Assembly: GCF_046299595.1 (NCBI RefSeq)
Contig: NZ_JBKBHQ010000001.1
Location: 1,700,736 to 1,764,735, forward strand
Reading direction: 5' to 3'
Length of the DNA stretch: 64,000 bases
Source of the DNA: Brevundimonas sp.
GTDB lineage: Bacteria; Pseudomonadota; Alphaproteobacteria; Caulobacterales; Caulobacteraceae
Shown piece after piece: positions 10,740-21,695 of the stretch (positions are counted from its first letter, which is position 1; every line of letters begins with the position of its first letter). The translations under genes were made by a program, and so were the position numbers. Below the pieces are notes generated by a model. That model was given only the letters and a program-made list of their open reading frames with translations, was not told the origin of the DNA and searched no databases.

Positions 10740-11446
10740 GACGTGCGGTCGGTCCCTGGGGCTGGAGGAGAGGCTGGCGCGCCCGGCTGACCCGCATCGG
10801 CCAGCGGATGCAGGAAGGGCGCCAGGTGTTCGGTGCGGTGATGCACGAAAGGCGCGGTCGATGAAAGCCCGTGCGGTCCGACCAGCACCGTGGCCATGCC
10901 CATGTCGGCGGCAGGGGCGAGGTTCTTTTCCGTGTCCTCGAAGAAGGCGGCGCGGCGCGCCTCGACGCCGTGGCGGCGGGCCATGGTGTCGAAGGTCCAC
11001 GGGTCGGGCTTGGGGCGCAGTTCGGCGGCCTCGATGTGGAACACGTCCTCGAACAGGTCGGCCAGCTCCAGCCGCTCCAGCACGCGCTCGGCATGGCGCG
11101 CGGAGCCGTTGGTGAACACCAGACGCCGCCCCGGCAGCCGCGCCAGCGCCGCCTTGAGCGAGGCGTCGGGCTCGAGGATGTCGAGCGAGACATCGTGGAC
11201 GACATCAAGGAAATGGGCGGGGTCGATCCGGTGCTCGATCATCAGGCCCGCAAGGGTGGTGCCGTGCTCGAGAAGGTATTTGCGCTGCAAGGCCCGCGCC
11301 TCGTCGGCGGGCAGGCCCGTCACATGGCGCACATAGTCGCTGATGCGCGCCTCGATCAGACCCATGAACTCGGTCTCGCGCGGGTAGAGGGTGTTGTCGA
11401 GGTCGAACAGCCAGTGGCGAACCTCGCTCAGCGATGGTGGGCTCAC
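10736..11446 (-). CDS. Pyrimidine 5'-nucleotidase (HAD family)
   Basis: [38 protein letters not shown]. Confidence 0.88.
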   Translation of the reverse strand: MSPPSLSEVRHWLFDLDNTLYPRETEFMGLIEARISDYVRHVTGLPADEARALQRKYLLEHGTTLAGLMIEHRIDPAHFLDVVHDVSLDILEPDASLKAALARLPGRRLVFTNGSARHAERVLERLELADLFEDVFHIEAAELRPKPDPWTFDTMARRHGVEARRAAFFEDTEKNLAPAADMGMATVLVGPHGLSSTAPFVHHRTEHLAPFLHPLADAGQPGAPASPPAPGTDRTS

Positions 11447-12366
11447 GCCTTCACCATGGTTCCGGCACCATGCTCGGTGAACAGCTCGACCAGCATGGCA
11501 TGGGGACGGCGCCCGTCCAGAATGACCACGGCCTCGACGCCCGCCTCGACGGCATTGATGGCGGTCTCAAGCTTGGGGATCATGCCGCCGGTAGCGACCT
11601 TGTCGGCGATCAGGGCGCGCGCATCGGCCACGCTCATCTGGCGGATGAGCTGGCCGTCGGCATCGAGCACGCCGGGCACATCGGTCAGCAGCAGCATGCG
11701 CTTGGCCCGCAGCGCGCCGGCCACGGCCCCGGCCACGGTGTCGGCATTGACGTTGTAGGTCTCGCCCGCCTCGGACACGCCGATGGGCGCGATCACGGGC
11801 ACCCAGTCGGCATCCGAGCTGATCAGGCGCTCGATCAGCTTGGCGTCCACGCGCGTCGGCTCGCCCACGAAGCCAAGGTCCACCTGCTGCTCGATCATGC
11901 TGTCGGGATCGCGGCGGGTGCGGGTGGTGCGGGCCACCGTGAGCAGCCCCGCGTCCTTGCCCGACAGGCCGATGCCGCGCACGTCGGCCTGTTGACCGGC
12001 CATGGTGATCCAGTGGGCGATCTCCTTGTTGACGGCGCCCGACAGCACCATCTCGGCGATTTCCATGGTGTTCTGGTCGGTGACGCGCAGGCCGTCGACG
12101 AAGTTCGACTTCACGCCCGCCCGGTCCAGCATGGCAGAGATCTGCGGCCCGCCGCCGTGCACCACCACCGGGTGAACGCCCAGCAGCTTGAGCAGCACGA
12201 TGTCGGCGGCGAACTGGCGCGCGACCGAACTCTCGCCCATGGCGTGACCGCCGTACTTGACCACCACCGTCTGGCGGTCATAGCGCTGGATGTAGGGCAG
12301 GGCCTCGGCCAGGGTCCGTGCCGTGGCCCAGCCGCGCTCCTCGGATTGACGAAGGCTTTCTTCCAT
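11443..12366 (-). CDS. argB: Acetylglutamate kinase
   Basis: [45 protein letters not shown]. Confidence 0.96.
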   Translation of the reverse strand: MEESLRQSEERGWATARTLAEALPYIQRYDRQTVVVKYGGHAMGESSVARQFAADIVLLKLLGVHPVVVHGGGPQISAMLDRAGVKSNFVDGLRVTDQNTMEIAEMVLSGAVNKEIAHWITMAGQQADVRGIGLSGKDAGLLTVARTTRTRRDPDSMIEQQVDLGFVGEPTRVDAKLIERLISSDADWVPVIAPIGVSEAGETYNVNADTVAGAVAGALRAKRMLLLTDVPGVLDADGQLIRQMSVADARALIADKVATGGMIPKLETAINAVEAGVEAVVILDGRRPHAMLVELFTEHGAGTMVKA

Positions 12367-12424
12367 GATGGCGGCGCGATAGCGCGATCATGTGACGCTG
12401 TCACGGCAAAGATGAGCGCAGGCC

Positions 12425-13123
12425 TCAGCCGGCGGCGGGGTCGACCGCCTTGCGCAGGGCGTCCTCGGGATCAAGCAGGCCGCACGCCAGAGCCGCCTCG
12501 GCGCGCAGCTCGGCCATGCCGATGCCCTTTTCGGACGAGGTGACGGCCACGCGCGGAAAGGCGGCCGGTCGCCGGGAGATGGCCCTGAGGGTCTCCTCGC
12601 GCACCTTTTCGCGCGCGGGTGGCTTGATCTTGTCGGCCTTGGTCAGGACGATCTGATAGCTGACGGCAGCCACGTCGAGGGCCTCAAGCGCCTCCTCGTC
12701 GACCTTTTTCAGGCCATGGCGGCTGTCGATCAGCAGATAGACCCGCTTCAAGGTGACGCGCCCGCGCAGGTAGTCGCGCCCCAGGTTCTGAAAGCGCTTC
12801 ACCTCGCCCTTGGACGCCTTGGCCCAGCCATAGCCGGGCAGGTCGACCAGACGCAGCCGCCCGTCCAGATCGAAGAAGTTCACCTCGCGCGTGCGCCCCG
12901 GCTCGTTGGAGGCGCGCGCCAGCTTGTTCATGCCCACCAGCGCGTTGATCAGGCTGGACTTGCCCACGTTCGAGCGCCCGGCAAAGGCGATCTCGGGCAG
13001 GTCGGGCGCGGGCAGCTGCTCGATCTTGGCGCAGCCCATGACGAAGGTGGCCGGGCGCGCGAACAGCACCCGCGCGCTCTCCAGCGCCTCGTCCGTGAAC
13101 AGGCTTGGCGCCGCTTCGCTCAC
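12425..13123 (-). CDS. engB: Ribosome biogenesis GTPase YihA/EngB
   Basis: [36 protein letters not shown] start inferred just after the yidC stop. Confidence 0.93.
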   Translation of the reverse strand: MSEAAPSLFTDEALESARVLFARPATFVMGCAKIEQLPAPDLPEIAFAGRSNVGKSSLINALVGMNKLARASNEPGRTREVNFFDLDGRLRLVDLPGYGWAKASKGEVKRFQNLGRDYLRGRVTLKRVYLLIDSRHGLKKVDEEALEALDVAAVSYQIVLTKADKIKPPAREKVREETLRAISRRPAAFPRVAVTSSEKGIGMAELRAEAALACGLLDPEDALRKAVDPAAG

Positions 13124-13125
13124 CC

Positions 13126-14940
13126 TCACGCCTTCCTGAAGCGGGCGAGGAAGGTGTCGATGGGGTTCTCGGCCTTGAAGCGGCGCATGATCACATACTG
13201 CTGCAGGATCGAGAGCACGTTGTTCCATGCCCAGTAGATCAGCAGGCCCGCCGCGAACGGCGCCATGATGAAGGTGAACACGAACGGCAGGAAGGCGAAG
13301 ATCTGGCGCTGGACCGGATCGGGCGGCGGCGGATTCATGGCCTGCTGCAGCCACATGGTCAGACCATAGAAGATCGGCAGGATGCCGATGTGCAGCGGCC
13401 CGTTGAACATGCTGCCGATGAAGCCCGGCAGCAGGGCCGGATCGAAGGGCAGCAGGCCGAACACGTTCCACACCGTGGTCGGGTCGCGCGCGGACAGGTC
13501 GCGGATCCAGCCGAAGAAGGGCGCGTGGCGCATCTCGATGGTGACGAACAGCACCTTGTAGAGGGCATAGAAGACCGGAATCTGCACCAGGATCGGCAGA
13601 CAGCCCGCCAGCGGATTGATCTTCTCGCGCTGATAGAGCGCCATCAGCTCCTGCTGCTGCTTCTGGGGATCGCTGCCGTGCTTCTTCTTGATCTCCTCCA
13701 TCTTGGGCGCGAGGTTGCGCATCTTGGAGAGGCTCTCGTAGGCCTTGTTGGCCAGCGGGAACAGGATCAGCTTGACCACCACGGTCAGCAGCAGGATGGC
13801 CACGCCGAAATTGCCCACCAGCCCGTAGAACCACTCCACGATCAGGAAGATCGGGCGGGTCAGGAACCAGAACATCCCCCAGTCGATGGCCTGGTCGAAG
13901 TTGGGCACGTTCAGGGTGCTTTCGTAGCCGCGCAGGATCTCGGCGCGCTTGGCCCCGGCGAACAGGTGCTGGGTCTCGCTGATCTGGCGGCCCGGATTGA
14001 TGATGCGCGCCTGGCCCAGCATGTTGGTCTGATAGACCTCGGTGCCGCCGACCTGGGTGACACGGAACTCCATCTCGACATTGCGCTGCTGGTTGGGGAT
14101 CAGGGCGGCCAGCCAGTATTTGTCGGTGATGCCGATCCAGCCCCCGTCCGAGCGGCGGCGCTCGGGGCGGTTCTTGGCCCAGTCGCCGTACTTGGACTGC
14201 TGCGAGACGAAGCGGCCGTTCTCGCCGAACACGCCGATGGCCCCTTCGTGCAGGATGAACCAGTTGCCCAGCCCCTCGGGCAGGCCCTGGCGGCGCACGG
14301 TGCCGAAGGGGGCCAGCGTCACCGGCTGGGTGCCCAGGTTGGCGACGGTGTCGGTGACGGTGAACATATAGTTCTCGTCGATCTCGATGCGCCGGGTGAA
14401 GCGCAGGCCCGCTCCGTTGTCATAGGTAAGGGTGATGGGGCGGCCCACGGCCAGGGTGTCGCCCTCGGTCAGTCGCCACTCGGTGCTGTCGTCGGGCAGG
14501 CCGGGGATGTTCTGACCCAGCCAGCCGAACTGGGCAAAGTATGAGAACTCGGCCCCGCGCGGGCGGAACAGTTCGACGGGCTGTTCGGAATCGAGGGTCT
14601 CGTTGTAGCGGCGCAGGAACAGGTCGTCGAAGCGCGCGCCGGTGAGCGACAGCGAGCCTTGCAGGGCCTCGGTCTCGATCTGGACGCGCGAGCCGGTCGA
14701 GAGCGCCTCGCGCCGGTCGACATAGATGGCGCTGTCCGGGCGTCCGACGGTGGCGGGGGCATCCAGGGCGGCCTCGGCCTCGCTGACGCCGATCTGGCCC
14801 TCGGTGCGTTCGCTGGCCGCAGGCTGGGCCGCCTCGCGCTGGCGCGTGACCGGGTCGAGCACGAAAATCTGATACAGGATCAGGATCGCGACGGTGCACA
14901 CGACGAAAAGGATCGTGTTGCGCGCGTTGTCAGACTTCAT
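13126..14940 (-). CDS. yidC: Membrane protein insertase YidC
   Basis: [43 protein letters not shown]. Confidence 0.96.
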   Translation of the reverse strand: MKSDNARNTILFVVCTVAILILYQIFVLDPVTRQREAAQPAASERTEGQIGVSEAEAALDAPATVGRPDSAIYVDRREALSTGSRVQIETEALQGSLSLTGARFDDLFLRRYNETLDSEQPVELFRPRGAEFSYFAQFGWLGQNIPGLPDDSTEWRLTEGDTLAVGRPITLTYDNGAGLRFTRRIEIDENYMFTVTDTVANLGTQPVTLAPFGTVRRQGLPEGLGNWFILHEGAIGVFGENGRFVSQQSKYGDWAKNRPERRRSDGGWIGITDKYWLAALIPNQQRNVEMEFRVTQVGGTEVYQTNMLGQARIINPGRQISETQHLFAGAKRAEILRGYESTLNVPNFDQAIDWGMFWFLTRPIFLIVEWFYGLVGNFGVAILLLTVVVKLILFPLANKAYESLSKMRNLAPKMEEIKKKHGSDPQKQQQELMALYQREKINPLAGCLPILVQIPVFYALYKVLFVTIEMRHAPFFGWIRDLSARDPTTVWNVFGLLPFDPALLPGFIGSMFNGPLHIGILPIFYGLTMWLQQAMNPPPPDPVQRQIFAFLPFVFTFIMAPFAAGLLIYWAWNNVLSILQQYVIMRRFKAENPIDTFLARFRKA

Positions 14941-14998
14941 GGAAGGTTCCTGTCGGCGTTCCGGGGTGCGCGCCTTTCGGGCGGGCGCCGGATCGTGC

Positions 14999-15472
14999 TC
15001 ATGAATGCGTGTCGGGCTCCGGCGCGCTTGCGGCGGAAGAAGACTTGGCGGCGAGCCTTATCAGCGCGCTTTTCACATCGTCAAGCAAGCGTTCCCACGG
15101 GCGCGCCGGTGTTCCGGGCCGGGCGATGAACACATAGTCGCTGCCGGGCACGCCGTGAACGGGCACAAGCGCGCGCACCGCTTCGCGCAGGCGGCGCTTG
15201 GCCCGGTTGCGAAGCACCGCCCCGCCAACCCTTTTCGATGCCGTAAAGCCCACGCGGATCACCGCGCTGTCGTCGCCGCGCGCGCGCATCTGGACCACCA
15301 CGGCCCCGCGCGGTTGGCTCGCCGCGCCTGCGGCCAGCAGGAAGTCGGCGCGCCGCGTCAGGCGATGGATCACGGGGGTGGGAGGGCTTTCGGATACGAC
15401 AAAAGCCCCTTGCGGGGCTTTCGAGGTCTTGCAGGGGCCGGTATCTGACTTGCCGGGGTCTGGCTCGCTCAT
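14999..15472 (-). CDS. rnpA: Ribonuclease P protein component
   Basis: RLTRRADF...[25 protein letters not shown]...DYVFIAR. True start may be a downstream GTG. Confidence 0.92.
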   Translation of the reverse strand: MSEPDPGKSDTGPCKTSKAPQGAFVVSESPPTPVIHRLTRRADFLLAAGAASQPRGAVVVQMRARGDDSAVIRVGFTASKRVGGAVLRNRAKRRLREAVRALVPVHGVPGSDYVFIARPGTPARPWERLLDDVKSALIRLAAKSSSAASAPEPDTHS

Positions 15473-15537
15473 GGAAAAGACCTGAGAGAGAACCGGCCGT
15501 GATCGCGGGGCTGAAGCGCGAGGCTCCGGCCGGGTGA

Positions 15538-15672
15538 TCAGGCGGTCAGGCGCTTGCGGCCCTTGGCGCGGCGACGGGCGACGATCTTCTGACCGTTCTT
15601 GGTGGCCATGCGCGCGCGGAAGCCGTGACGGCGCTTGCGCACAAGTCGGGACGGCTGATAGGTCCGCTTCAC
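15538..15672 (-). CDS. rpmH: 50S ribosomal protein L34
   Basis: (M)[43 protein letters not shown]; GTG start. Confidence 0.97.
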   Translation of the reverse strand: MKRTYQPSRLVRKRRHGFRARMATKNGQKIVARRRAKGRKRLTA

Positions 15673-15765
15673 GAGACTGGCTCCGGGTAAGAGTGAACAA
15701 GGTGGCAGTAGGCAGAAAACCGCGCGACCGGGGCCACCTGGGGCCTCGCCGCAGCGGAAGGCGGG

Positions 15766-15795
15766 CGTATAGGACGGAACACGCGCGCCTGTCAA
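15766..15795 (-). promoter_or_regulatory. Sigma70-type promoter of the rpmH operon
   Basis: On the minus strand TTGACA-N18-TATACG, about 95 nt upstream of rpmH. Confidence 0.6.
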
Positions 15796-15879
15796 CGCCT
15801 CTGCGCCTCTCAGCCTCGCTGAATGCCAATGAAATTGACAGTATCGTTTTCGCTGACGAAGCCGGTGCGGTCAGGGCCG

Positions 15880-15935
15880 GGCCGGATTGGGGTGGCCGGA
15901 TTGGGGTGGCCGGATTGGGGTGGCCGGATTGGGGT
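15880..15935. repeat. 14-bp tandem repeat x4 (GGCCGGATTGGGGT)
   Basis: Four perfect copies at 15880, 15894, 15908 and 15922. Confidence 0.95.
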
Positions 15936-16070
15936 GGCATGAGCCGTGCAGCTCTCCGGCTTAACTGCTAGGATGGGTGCGACCTTGAGGCGGATCTGTC
16001 AGTTGGCATGACAACAGCATGAGCCAAAGCGCTTTCCAGCAATCCTGAACCCGAGACTTCACGGCTTTTC

Positions 16071-17672
16071 ATGTCCTCTGCGCCCCCATCCCTTTCGGCC
16101 CGGACAAGGGCCCGCCCCGCGGGCGGGCGCGAGGGCGAGGTGCGCGTCATGACGCGGCTGGCGGGCGCGCTGGGCGCCAGCCGGGTGGGCACCAGCGTGC
16201 TGCGCTCGAGCCTCTCGATCCGGCTTCTGGCGCTGACCAGCGCCTTTGCCGTGGCCGTGGCGGCGATCACGCTGGTGCAGTCGGCCACAGCCTTTCATGA
16301 GCGCTGGCTTCTGGATCGCATCCGCGCAGCCGAGATGGCCTCGGTCGGCGTCGAGGCCCTGCCCTACAACCTCGTCGAGGAAGACACCGCCCAGCAGCTG
16401 CTGGAGATCGGCGGGGTTTCGGCGGTGGTGGTCGGCGAGGAGGGGGTGCGGCGCCTGCTGCTGCGCGCGCCCGCCATGGCTCAGGCGCCGGACCTGATCG
16501 ACTTTCAGACCACGGGCCTGGCCTCGCGGATGATCGACCCGTGGCGCACCCTGCTGGGCCCCGAGGGCCGGGTCTTGCGCGTCAAGGCCAGCCCGACCTA
16601 TCGCTCTGGCGACTACATCGAGATTCTGGTGCCGGCCGCGCCGCTACGCGAGGATCTGGGCGCGCATCTGACCCGGATGCTGCTGATCTCGGCCCTGATC
16701 GCGCTGGGGGCCGGTGGCCTGCTCTATTTCGCCCTCAGCATCATGGTGCTGCGCCCGGTGCGCCGCCTCACCCAGTCCATCGCCCGCTTCCGCGCCGATC
16801 CCGAGGCAGAGCCCCATGCGGGCGAGGACGATGCCGTCAGGCTGCGCGAGGACGAAATCGGCCAGGTCGAGCGCGAGCTGTCGCGCATGCAGGCCGAGGT
16901 GCGCCGCGCCCTGCGCTCGCGCGCGCGTCTGGCGGCGCTGGGCGAGGCGGTGGCCAAGATCAATCACGACCTGCGCAACATGCTGACCTCGGCCCAGATG
17001 GCGTCAGAGCGCCTCGCCATGTCGGGCGATCCCGAGGTGATGCGGGCCCTGCCGCGTCTGGAGCGCGCGCTGGACCGGGCGCTGTCGCTGGCGCGCAACG
17101 TGCTCGAATACGGCAAGGCGGCAGAGCCGGAACCGGCCAAGCGCAAGCTCAGCCTCAACCACGCGGTCACGGCCGCCGCAGAGGACGCCGGGCTGATGGA
17201 GGGGGGCGTGCGCCTGATCCGCAAGATCGCGCCGCGCTATCGCGTCCATGCCGATCCCGAACAGCTGCACCGCATGCTGGTCAACCTGATGCGCAACGCC
17301 CGCGAGGCCATCGAGGCCGACGAGGCGCGCGAGGGGCGCGGCATCATCCGGCTGGAGGCGACCTGCATCAATGGTCAGGATCTGATCCGGGTGGCCGATG
17401 ACGGGCCGGGCGTGCCCGAGCGCCTGCGCGAGCGCCTGTTCCAGCCCTTTTCCAGCACGCGGCGCGGAGGCACGGGGCTGGGGCTGGCCATTTCCTCGGA
17501 GCTGGCCAGCAATCATGGCGGCGAGCTGAGCCTGGTCGATACCGGCCCGCTGGGCACCATCTTCGAGCTGCGCCTGCCCAGCATTCCCCCCAGTCTTCCG
17601 GCCAGTCTTCCGACCAGTCTTCCCGAGAGCCCCGCACCGAAGGCGCCGCAGCCCGGCTCCGATCAGCGATAG
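16071..17672 (+). CDS. Membrane sensor histidine kinase (orphan)
   Basis: Two TM segments, HAMP, KINHDLRNML H-box, NLMRNA, DDGPG, GGTGLGLAI. No adjacent response regulator. Confidence 0.88.
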   Translation: MSSAPPSLSARTRARPAGGREGEVRVMTRLAGALGASRVGTSVLRSSLSIRLLALTSAFAVAVAAITLVQSATAFHERWLLDRIRAAEMASVGVEALPYNLVEEDTAQQLLEIGGVSAVVVGEEGVRRLLLRAPAMAQAPDLIDFQTTGLASRMIDPWRTLLGPEGRVLRVKASPTYRSGDYIEILVPAAPLREDLGAHLTRMLLISALIALGAGGLLYFALSIMVLRPVRRLTQSIARFRADPEAEPHAGEDDAVRLREDEIGQVERELSRMQAEVRRALRSRARLAALGEAVAKINHDLRNMLTSAQMASERLAMSGDPEVMRALPRLERALDRALSLARNVLEYGKAAEPEPAKRKLSLNHAVTAAAEDAGLMEGGVRLIRKIAPRYRVHADPEQLHRMLVNLMRNAREAIEADEAREGRGIIRLEATCINGQDLIRVADDGPGVPERLRERLFQPFSSTRRGGTGLGLAISSELASNHGGELSLVDTGPLGTIFELRLPSIPPSLPASLPTSLPESPAPKAPQPGSDQR

Positions 17673-19540
17673 AGCGCCACGCCCTCGCGCCTGCGGTCGG
17701 CCCCGCCGTCCCAGCGACCGTCGCGCCAGAGCCCCCCGTGCAGCCCCGAGTTCTCGGCCGTGTTGTCCCGCAGCGCCATGCCCGCCTGCGCCAGTGCCGC
17801 CCGCCGTGCAGGGGGAAACTGGCCGGTGTCCGCACCGACGCTGGCGCCGCGCACCACCAGATTGGGCAGGTCGATGGCCTCCTGCATGGACAGCCCCCAC
17901 ATCAAGGTGCCGATCAGGGCCTTGGCGTTGTAGGCGAGTATGGCATTGCCGCCGGGCGAGCCCATCAGGCCCACGAGACGGCCCTCGGCATCCAGCACGA
18001 TCACGGGGCTCATGGACGATCGCGGACGTTTGCCCGGCGCAGGCGCATTGGCCAGCGGGCGGCCTTGCGCATCCGTGGGCGTGAAGGCGAAATCGGTGAG
18101 CTGGTTGTTCAGGAAGAACCCGCCCGCCATGCGGCCCGAGCCGAAGATGCTCTCGACCGTGGTGGTCATGCTGACCGCATTGCCCGCCGCATCGACCACG
18201 ACGAAATGCGAGGTGCCGCGCGCCTCCACGGTGGTGTCGCGGCCCCGGCTGGCATGGGCCTCGCTGTGATGATCGGGGGGCGGATCGCCCGCTTCGGGCA
18301 GGGCGGCGTCGCGCCACAGGAGGCTGCGTTCCCGCACATAGTCGCGCGACAGAAGGCCCGTGACCGGCACGCGCACAAAGGCCGGATCGCCCACGAAGGC
18401 GTCACGGTCGGCATACATCAGGCGCTGCAAACGCCCGAACGCGATCCACGCCATATCGGAGTCGGGGCCATCGCGCAGTGCCTCGACCTGCTCGGCCATC
18501 AGCAGCAGCTGCAGCAGGGCCACGCCGCTGGAAGGCGGCGGCGGCACGCACACCACATAGACCCTCCAGGGGCGGCACACCGCCTCGCCCACGCGCGGCT
18601 CATAGGCGGCCAGATCGGCCATGGTGAGGGCGCCGGGGCGCGGCGCGCGTGCGGCACTGGCCACGATCGCTTCGGCCAGCGGTCCACGCAGCAGGCCGTC
18701 CGCCCCATGGCGGGCGATCAGGCGCAGGCTGTGGGCATAGGCTTCGTTGCGCAGCAGGTCTCCGGCCTGAAGGCGCGCGCCGTCGGCCCGCGAGAAATAG
18801 GCGCGCGCATCGTCTGTTCCGGCCTGGGGAGCCTGTCCGTTGATCATCCCGGCAAGGCGCGGGCTGACGATGAATCCTTCCGTGGCCAGACGCTCTGCAT
18901 CCCCGAACAGGCTGGCCCACTCAAGGGTGCCGTGATCGTCATGGGCGCGTGCCAGCATGGCCACGGCACCGGGCACGCCCGTGGAGCGCCCGCTGAGCAC
19001 CGCCTCGCGAAAGCCCAGCGGCTGGCCGTTCTCGATGAAGATGTCGGGGCGGGTGGCCGCAGGCGCGCTCTCTCGCCCGTCATAGGCCCGCACCAGCCGC
19101 GTGCGCGCATCATAATGCAGCAGAAAGGCTCCGCCGCCGAGGCCCGAGCTTTGCGGCTCCACCAGGCCCAGCACCGCCTGGATGGCCACCGCCGCATCCA
19201 CCGCCGAGCCGCCCCGGCGCAGCACCGCCATGCCCGCCTCGGCCGCCAGCGGATTGGCGGCAGACACGAAGGGACCGGCGCGCCGGTCCTGCCTGGCAGG
19301 CACTGCGGCGCCGGGCTGAACAATGTCGGGCTGGGCAATGGCGATGTCCTGCGCGGGCCGTGGCTGGCACGCGGCGATGGCCAGACCCGCAACCACGGCA
19401 GCGGCCAGGGGCATGACCGGCCACGAGACCGGCCACGAGACCCGGGGCGCGATCGCGGCGCTCCTGACGGCTCTGGCAGCGCGGGCGAGGGCAGCGAGTG
19501 TCAGGGGGGTGGGCTTGGGCTTGGGCTTGGGGTCGGGCAT
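17663..19540 (-). CDS. ggt: Gamma-glutamyltransferase family protein, probable lipoprotein
   Basis: GGSAVDAAVA, EPQSSGLGGG, GTSHFVVVD, SMTTTVES.FG, NNQLTDF, KRPRSSMSP, GSPGG. Lipobox-like LAIAAC; start could be 19414. Confidence 0.88.
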   Translation of the reverse strand: MPDPKPKPKPTPLTLAALARAARAVRSAAIAPRVSWPVSWPVMPLAAAVVAGLAIAACQPRPAQDIAIAQPDIVQPGAAVPARQDRRAGPFVSAANPLAAEAGMAVLRRGGSAVDAAVAIQAVLGLVEPQSSGLGGGAFLLHYDARTRLVRAYDGRESAPAATRPDIFIENGQPLGFREAVLSGRSTGVPGAVAMLARAHDDHGTLEWASLFGDAERLATEGFIVSPRLAGMINGQAPQAGTDDARAYFSRADGARLQAGDLLRNEAYAHSLRLIARHGADGLLRGPLAEAIVASAARAPRPGALTMADLAAYEPRVGEAVCRPWRVYVVCVPPPPSSGVALLQLLLMAEQVEALRDGPDSDMAWIAFGRLQRLMYADRDAFVGDPAFVRVPVTGLLSRDYVRERSLLWRDAALPEAGDPPPDHHSEAHASRGRDTTVEARGTSHFVVVDAAGNAVSMTTTVESIFGSGRMAGGFFLNNQLTDFAFTPTDAQGRPLANAPAPGKRPRSSMSPVIVLDAEGRLVGLMGSPGGNAILAYNAKALIGTLMWGLSMQEAIDLPNLVVRGASVGADTGQFPPARRAALAQAGMALRDNTAENSGLHGGLWRDGRWDGGADRRREGVALYR

Positions 19541-19718
19541 GGCGGCGCGGGCTCGTGTGGCGGCGTGAGGCTCCCAGCCATTAGGGTGTCACAGGCCCCG
19601 GCGCAAAGGGGCACCCGCCCTGCGGTCACGAAAAGGGGGCAGGGTGCGAAAAACTGGGCTTGCATCGCGGCGCGTCCGGGGCTAGGTGTCCGGCCCTTCG
19701 CGGATCAAGACCGCGTGC

Positions 19719-19795
19719 GCGCCCGTAGCTCAGCTGGATAGAGCACCAGACTACGAATCTGGGGGTCAGAGGTTCGAATCCTTTCGGGCGCGCCA
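19719..19795 (+). tRNA. tRNA-Arg (ACG)
   Basis: GCGCCCGTAGCTCAGCTGGATAGAGC...CCAGA-CTACGAA-TCTGG...GGTTCGAATCC...GGGCGCG-CCA; 77 nt with encoded CCA. Confidence 0.97.
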
Positions 19796-19850
19796 TTTTC
19801 TTCCCCGATTATCTCCATGACATCCCGTGCGGCACGCCGTGGCCTATCCA

Positions 19851-19885
19851 TGCCTGCCCATGCGTGCCTGCCCATGCTTGCCTGC
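19851..19885. repeat. 14-bp tandem repeat, about 2.5 copies (TGCCTGCCCATGC[G/T])
   Basis: Copies at 19851, 19865 and 19879 (partial). Confidence 0.75.
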
Positions 19886-19971
19886 TCGTGTGCGCTTGCG
19901 CTGAGCCATTTGCGCGGTGCGGGGCACACAATCTGATCGACGCGGGCGGGCGCGCCCGCTAAGGGCTCGCC

Positions 19972-20643
19972 ATGGCGGGCATCGAGGCCTCGACACTGTT
20001 GATGGGCGGAGGCCTCGCAGGCGCATTTGCGGCTGCGCTGCTGCACGCGGGCCTGCCGACGCACTGGCTGCCCTTCGTGCTGGTCGGGCGCGGGCAGGGC
20101 TGGAGCGCGGCGCGCATTCTGGGCGTCACCGCCGTGGCCGCCACGGCCCATATCGCCTCCACAGCACTGATCGGCAGCCTGATCGCCCTGATCGGCGTGG
20201 CGCTCGATCACCTGATTGATGGTCTGCTGCCGATGCTGACCGCCGCCCTGCTGGCCGGTTTCGGGCTGGTCTATCTGTGGCGGGGCCTTGGCGCGCGCCG
20301 CAAGAGGCGGGTCGAGGCAGACGCGGGCGCAGGAGACAGGCCGGGGCCACGGCGCGTTTCGGATCTGGCCGCCATGGCCGGGCTGATCGGCATGATGGTG
20401 CTGTCGCCGGGCGAGGTGCTGCTGCCGCTCTATCTTCAGGCCGGGGCCGCCGGGGCGCAGGCCATCGTGCTGCTTACTGTGGCCCTGTGGCTGGGCACGC
20501 TGGCGGGCATGGTGGCTTTCACGGCCCTGGCACTGGGCGGGGTGTCGGCGCTGAGGCTGGAGCGGCTGGCTCGCCACGAAGCCCTGGTGCTGGGCGTGGC
20601 CCTGATTGCGCTGGCGGCATTTGTGCTGCTTCATCATCCGTGA
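19972..20643 (+). CDS. Membrane protein, NicO/RcnA-like metal transporter candidate
   Basis: About 6 TM segments with His motifs LHAGLPTHWLPF and TAHIAST; coupled to the downstream CDF gene. Confidence 0.6.
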   Translation: MAGIEASTLLMGGGLAGAFAAALLHAGLPTHWLPFVLVGRGQGWSAARILGVTAVAATAHIASTALIGSLIALIGVALDHLIDGLLPMLTAALLAGFGLVYLWRGLGARRKRRVEADAGAGDRPGPRRVSDLAAMAGLIGMMVLSPGEVLLPLYLQAGAAGAQAIVLLTVALWLGTLAGMVAFTALALGGVSALRLERLARHEALVLGVALIALAAFVLLHHP

Positions 20644-21605
20644 TGCACGCGCACTCCCACCATCATGGACACGGTCATGGGCATGGTCATGGACACCACG
20701 GGCATCACCATCATGGTGCGGGCGAGGTCGAGGGCTGGCGCTACGGCCTCGCGCTGATCGTCAATCTGGCCTTTGTGGCGATCGAGTTCACCTTCGGCTT
20801 CCTGACCGGATCGGCGGCGCTGCTGGCCGATGCGGGGCACAATCTGGCCGATGTGATGGGCCTAGCGCTGGCGGGTGGCGCGGCCTGGATGGCGCGCCTG
20901 TCGTCGAGCACGACCCGCACCTACGGCTTTGGCAAGGCGACCATTCTGGCGGCCCTGGCCAACGGCGTGCTGCTGGTGTTCGCCTGCGGCCTGATCGCCT
21001 CGGAGGCCGTGCACAGGCTGATGGAGCCGGTCCAGCCCGCCTCCGTCACCATCATGGTGGTCGCCGGCATCGGCTTCTTCATCAATCTGGGAACGGCGCT
21101 GCTGTTCCTCAAAGGCCGCCATGCGGACCTGAATGCGCGCGGTGCCTATCTGCACATGCTGGCCGACGCGGCCGTCTCGCTGGGCGTGGTGGTGGTGGGC
21201 GCGCTGATGCTGGTGACGGACTGGCGCTTCATCGACCCGGCGGTGGCGCTGGTGATCGTGGCGATCATTCTTGCGGGCACGTGGGGGCTGCTCAGGGACT
21301 CGTTCAATCTGGCGCTGGACGGAGTGCCTGCGGGGGTGGACGTGGTCCGGCTGCGCGCTGCGCTGAAGGCCGAGCGGGGCGTCAGCGAAGTGCACGACCT
21401 GCACGTCTGGGCGCTGTCCACGACACGCAACGCCATGAGCGTGCACATCCGAACGCATCCCGACAACCCGGAGGCCGATCAGGGCGCGGACCTGCTGGCA
21501 CGGCTTCGATCGGTGGCGCAGTCGGGCTTTGGCATCCACCACGTCACCATCCAGATCGAGCCGGACGGGGCGCCGGGCGCACACGACTGCGCCCAGGACT
21601 GCTGA
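20643..21605 (+). CDS. Cation diffusion facilitator (CzcD/ZitB-like) with His-rich N-terminus
   Basis: ALLADAGHNLAD, TYGFGKATILAALAN, NARGAYLHMLAD, VHDLHVW, HHVTIQIE. Confidence 0.92.
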   Translation: MHAHSHHHGHGHGHGHGHHGHHHHGAGEVEGWRYGLALIVNLAFVAIEFTFGFLTGSAALLADAGHNLADVMGLALAGGAAWMARLSSSTTRTYGFGKATILAALANGVLLVFACGLIASEAVHRLMEPVQPASVTIMVVAGIGFFINLGTALLFLKGRHADLNARGAYLHMLADAAVSLGVVVVGALMLVTDWRFIDPAVALVIVAIILAGTWGLLRDSFNLALDGVPAGVDVVRLRAALKAERGVSEVHDLHVWALSTTRNAMSVHIRTHPDNPEADQGADLLARLRSVAQSGFGIHHVTIQIEPDGAPGAHDCAQDC

Positions 21606-21695
21606 AGGCCACAACTGCTGAGGGCTTCGCCTTGCTCTTGCCGCCGATCGGGACCATCTAGCCAGCCCGACCCCTCACGGCCCGCCGAGACACCC

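Noticed and set aside
14941-15004. Missing yidD between rnpA and yidC as a deletion scar
   Set aside because: No remnant is visible and yidD position varies among alphaproteobacteria.
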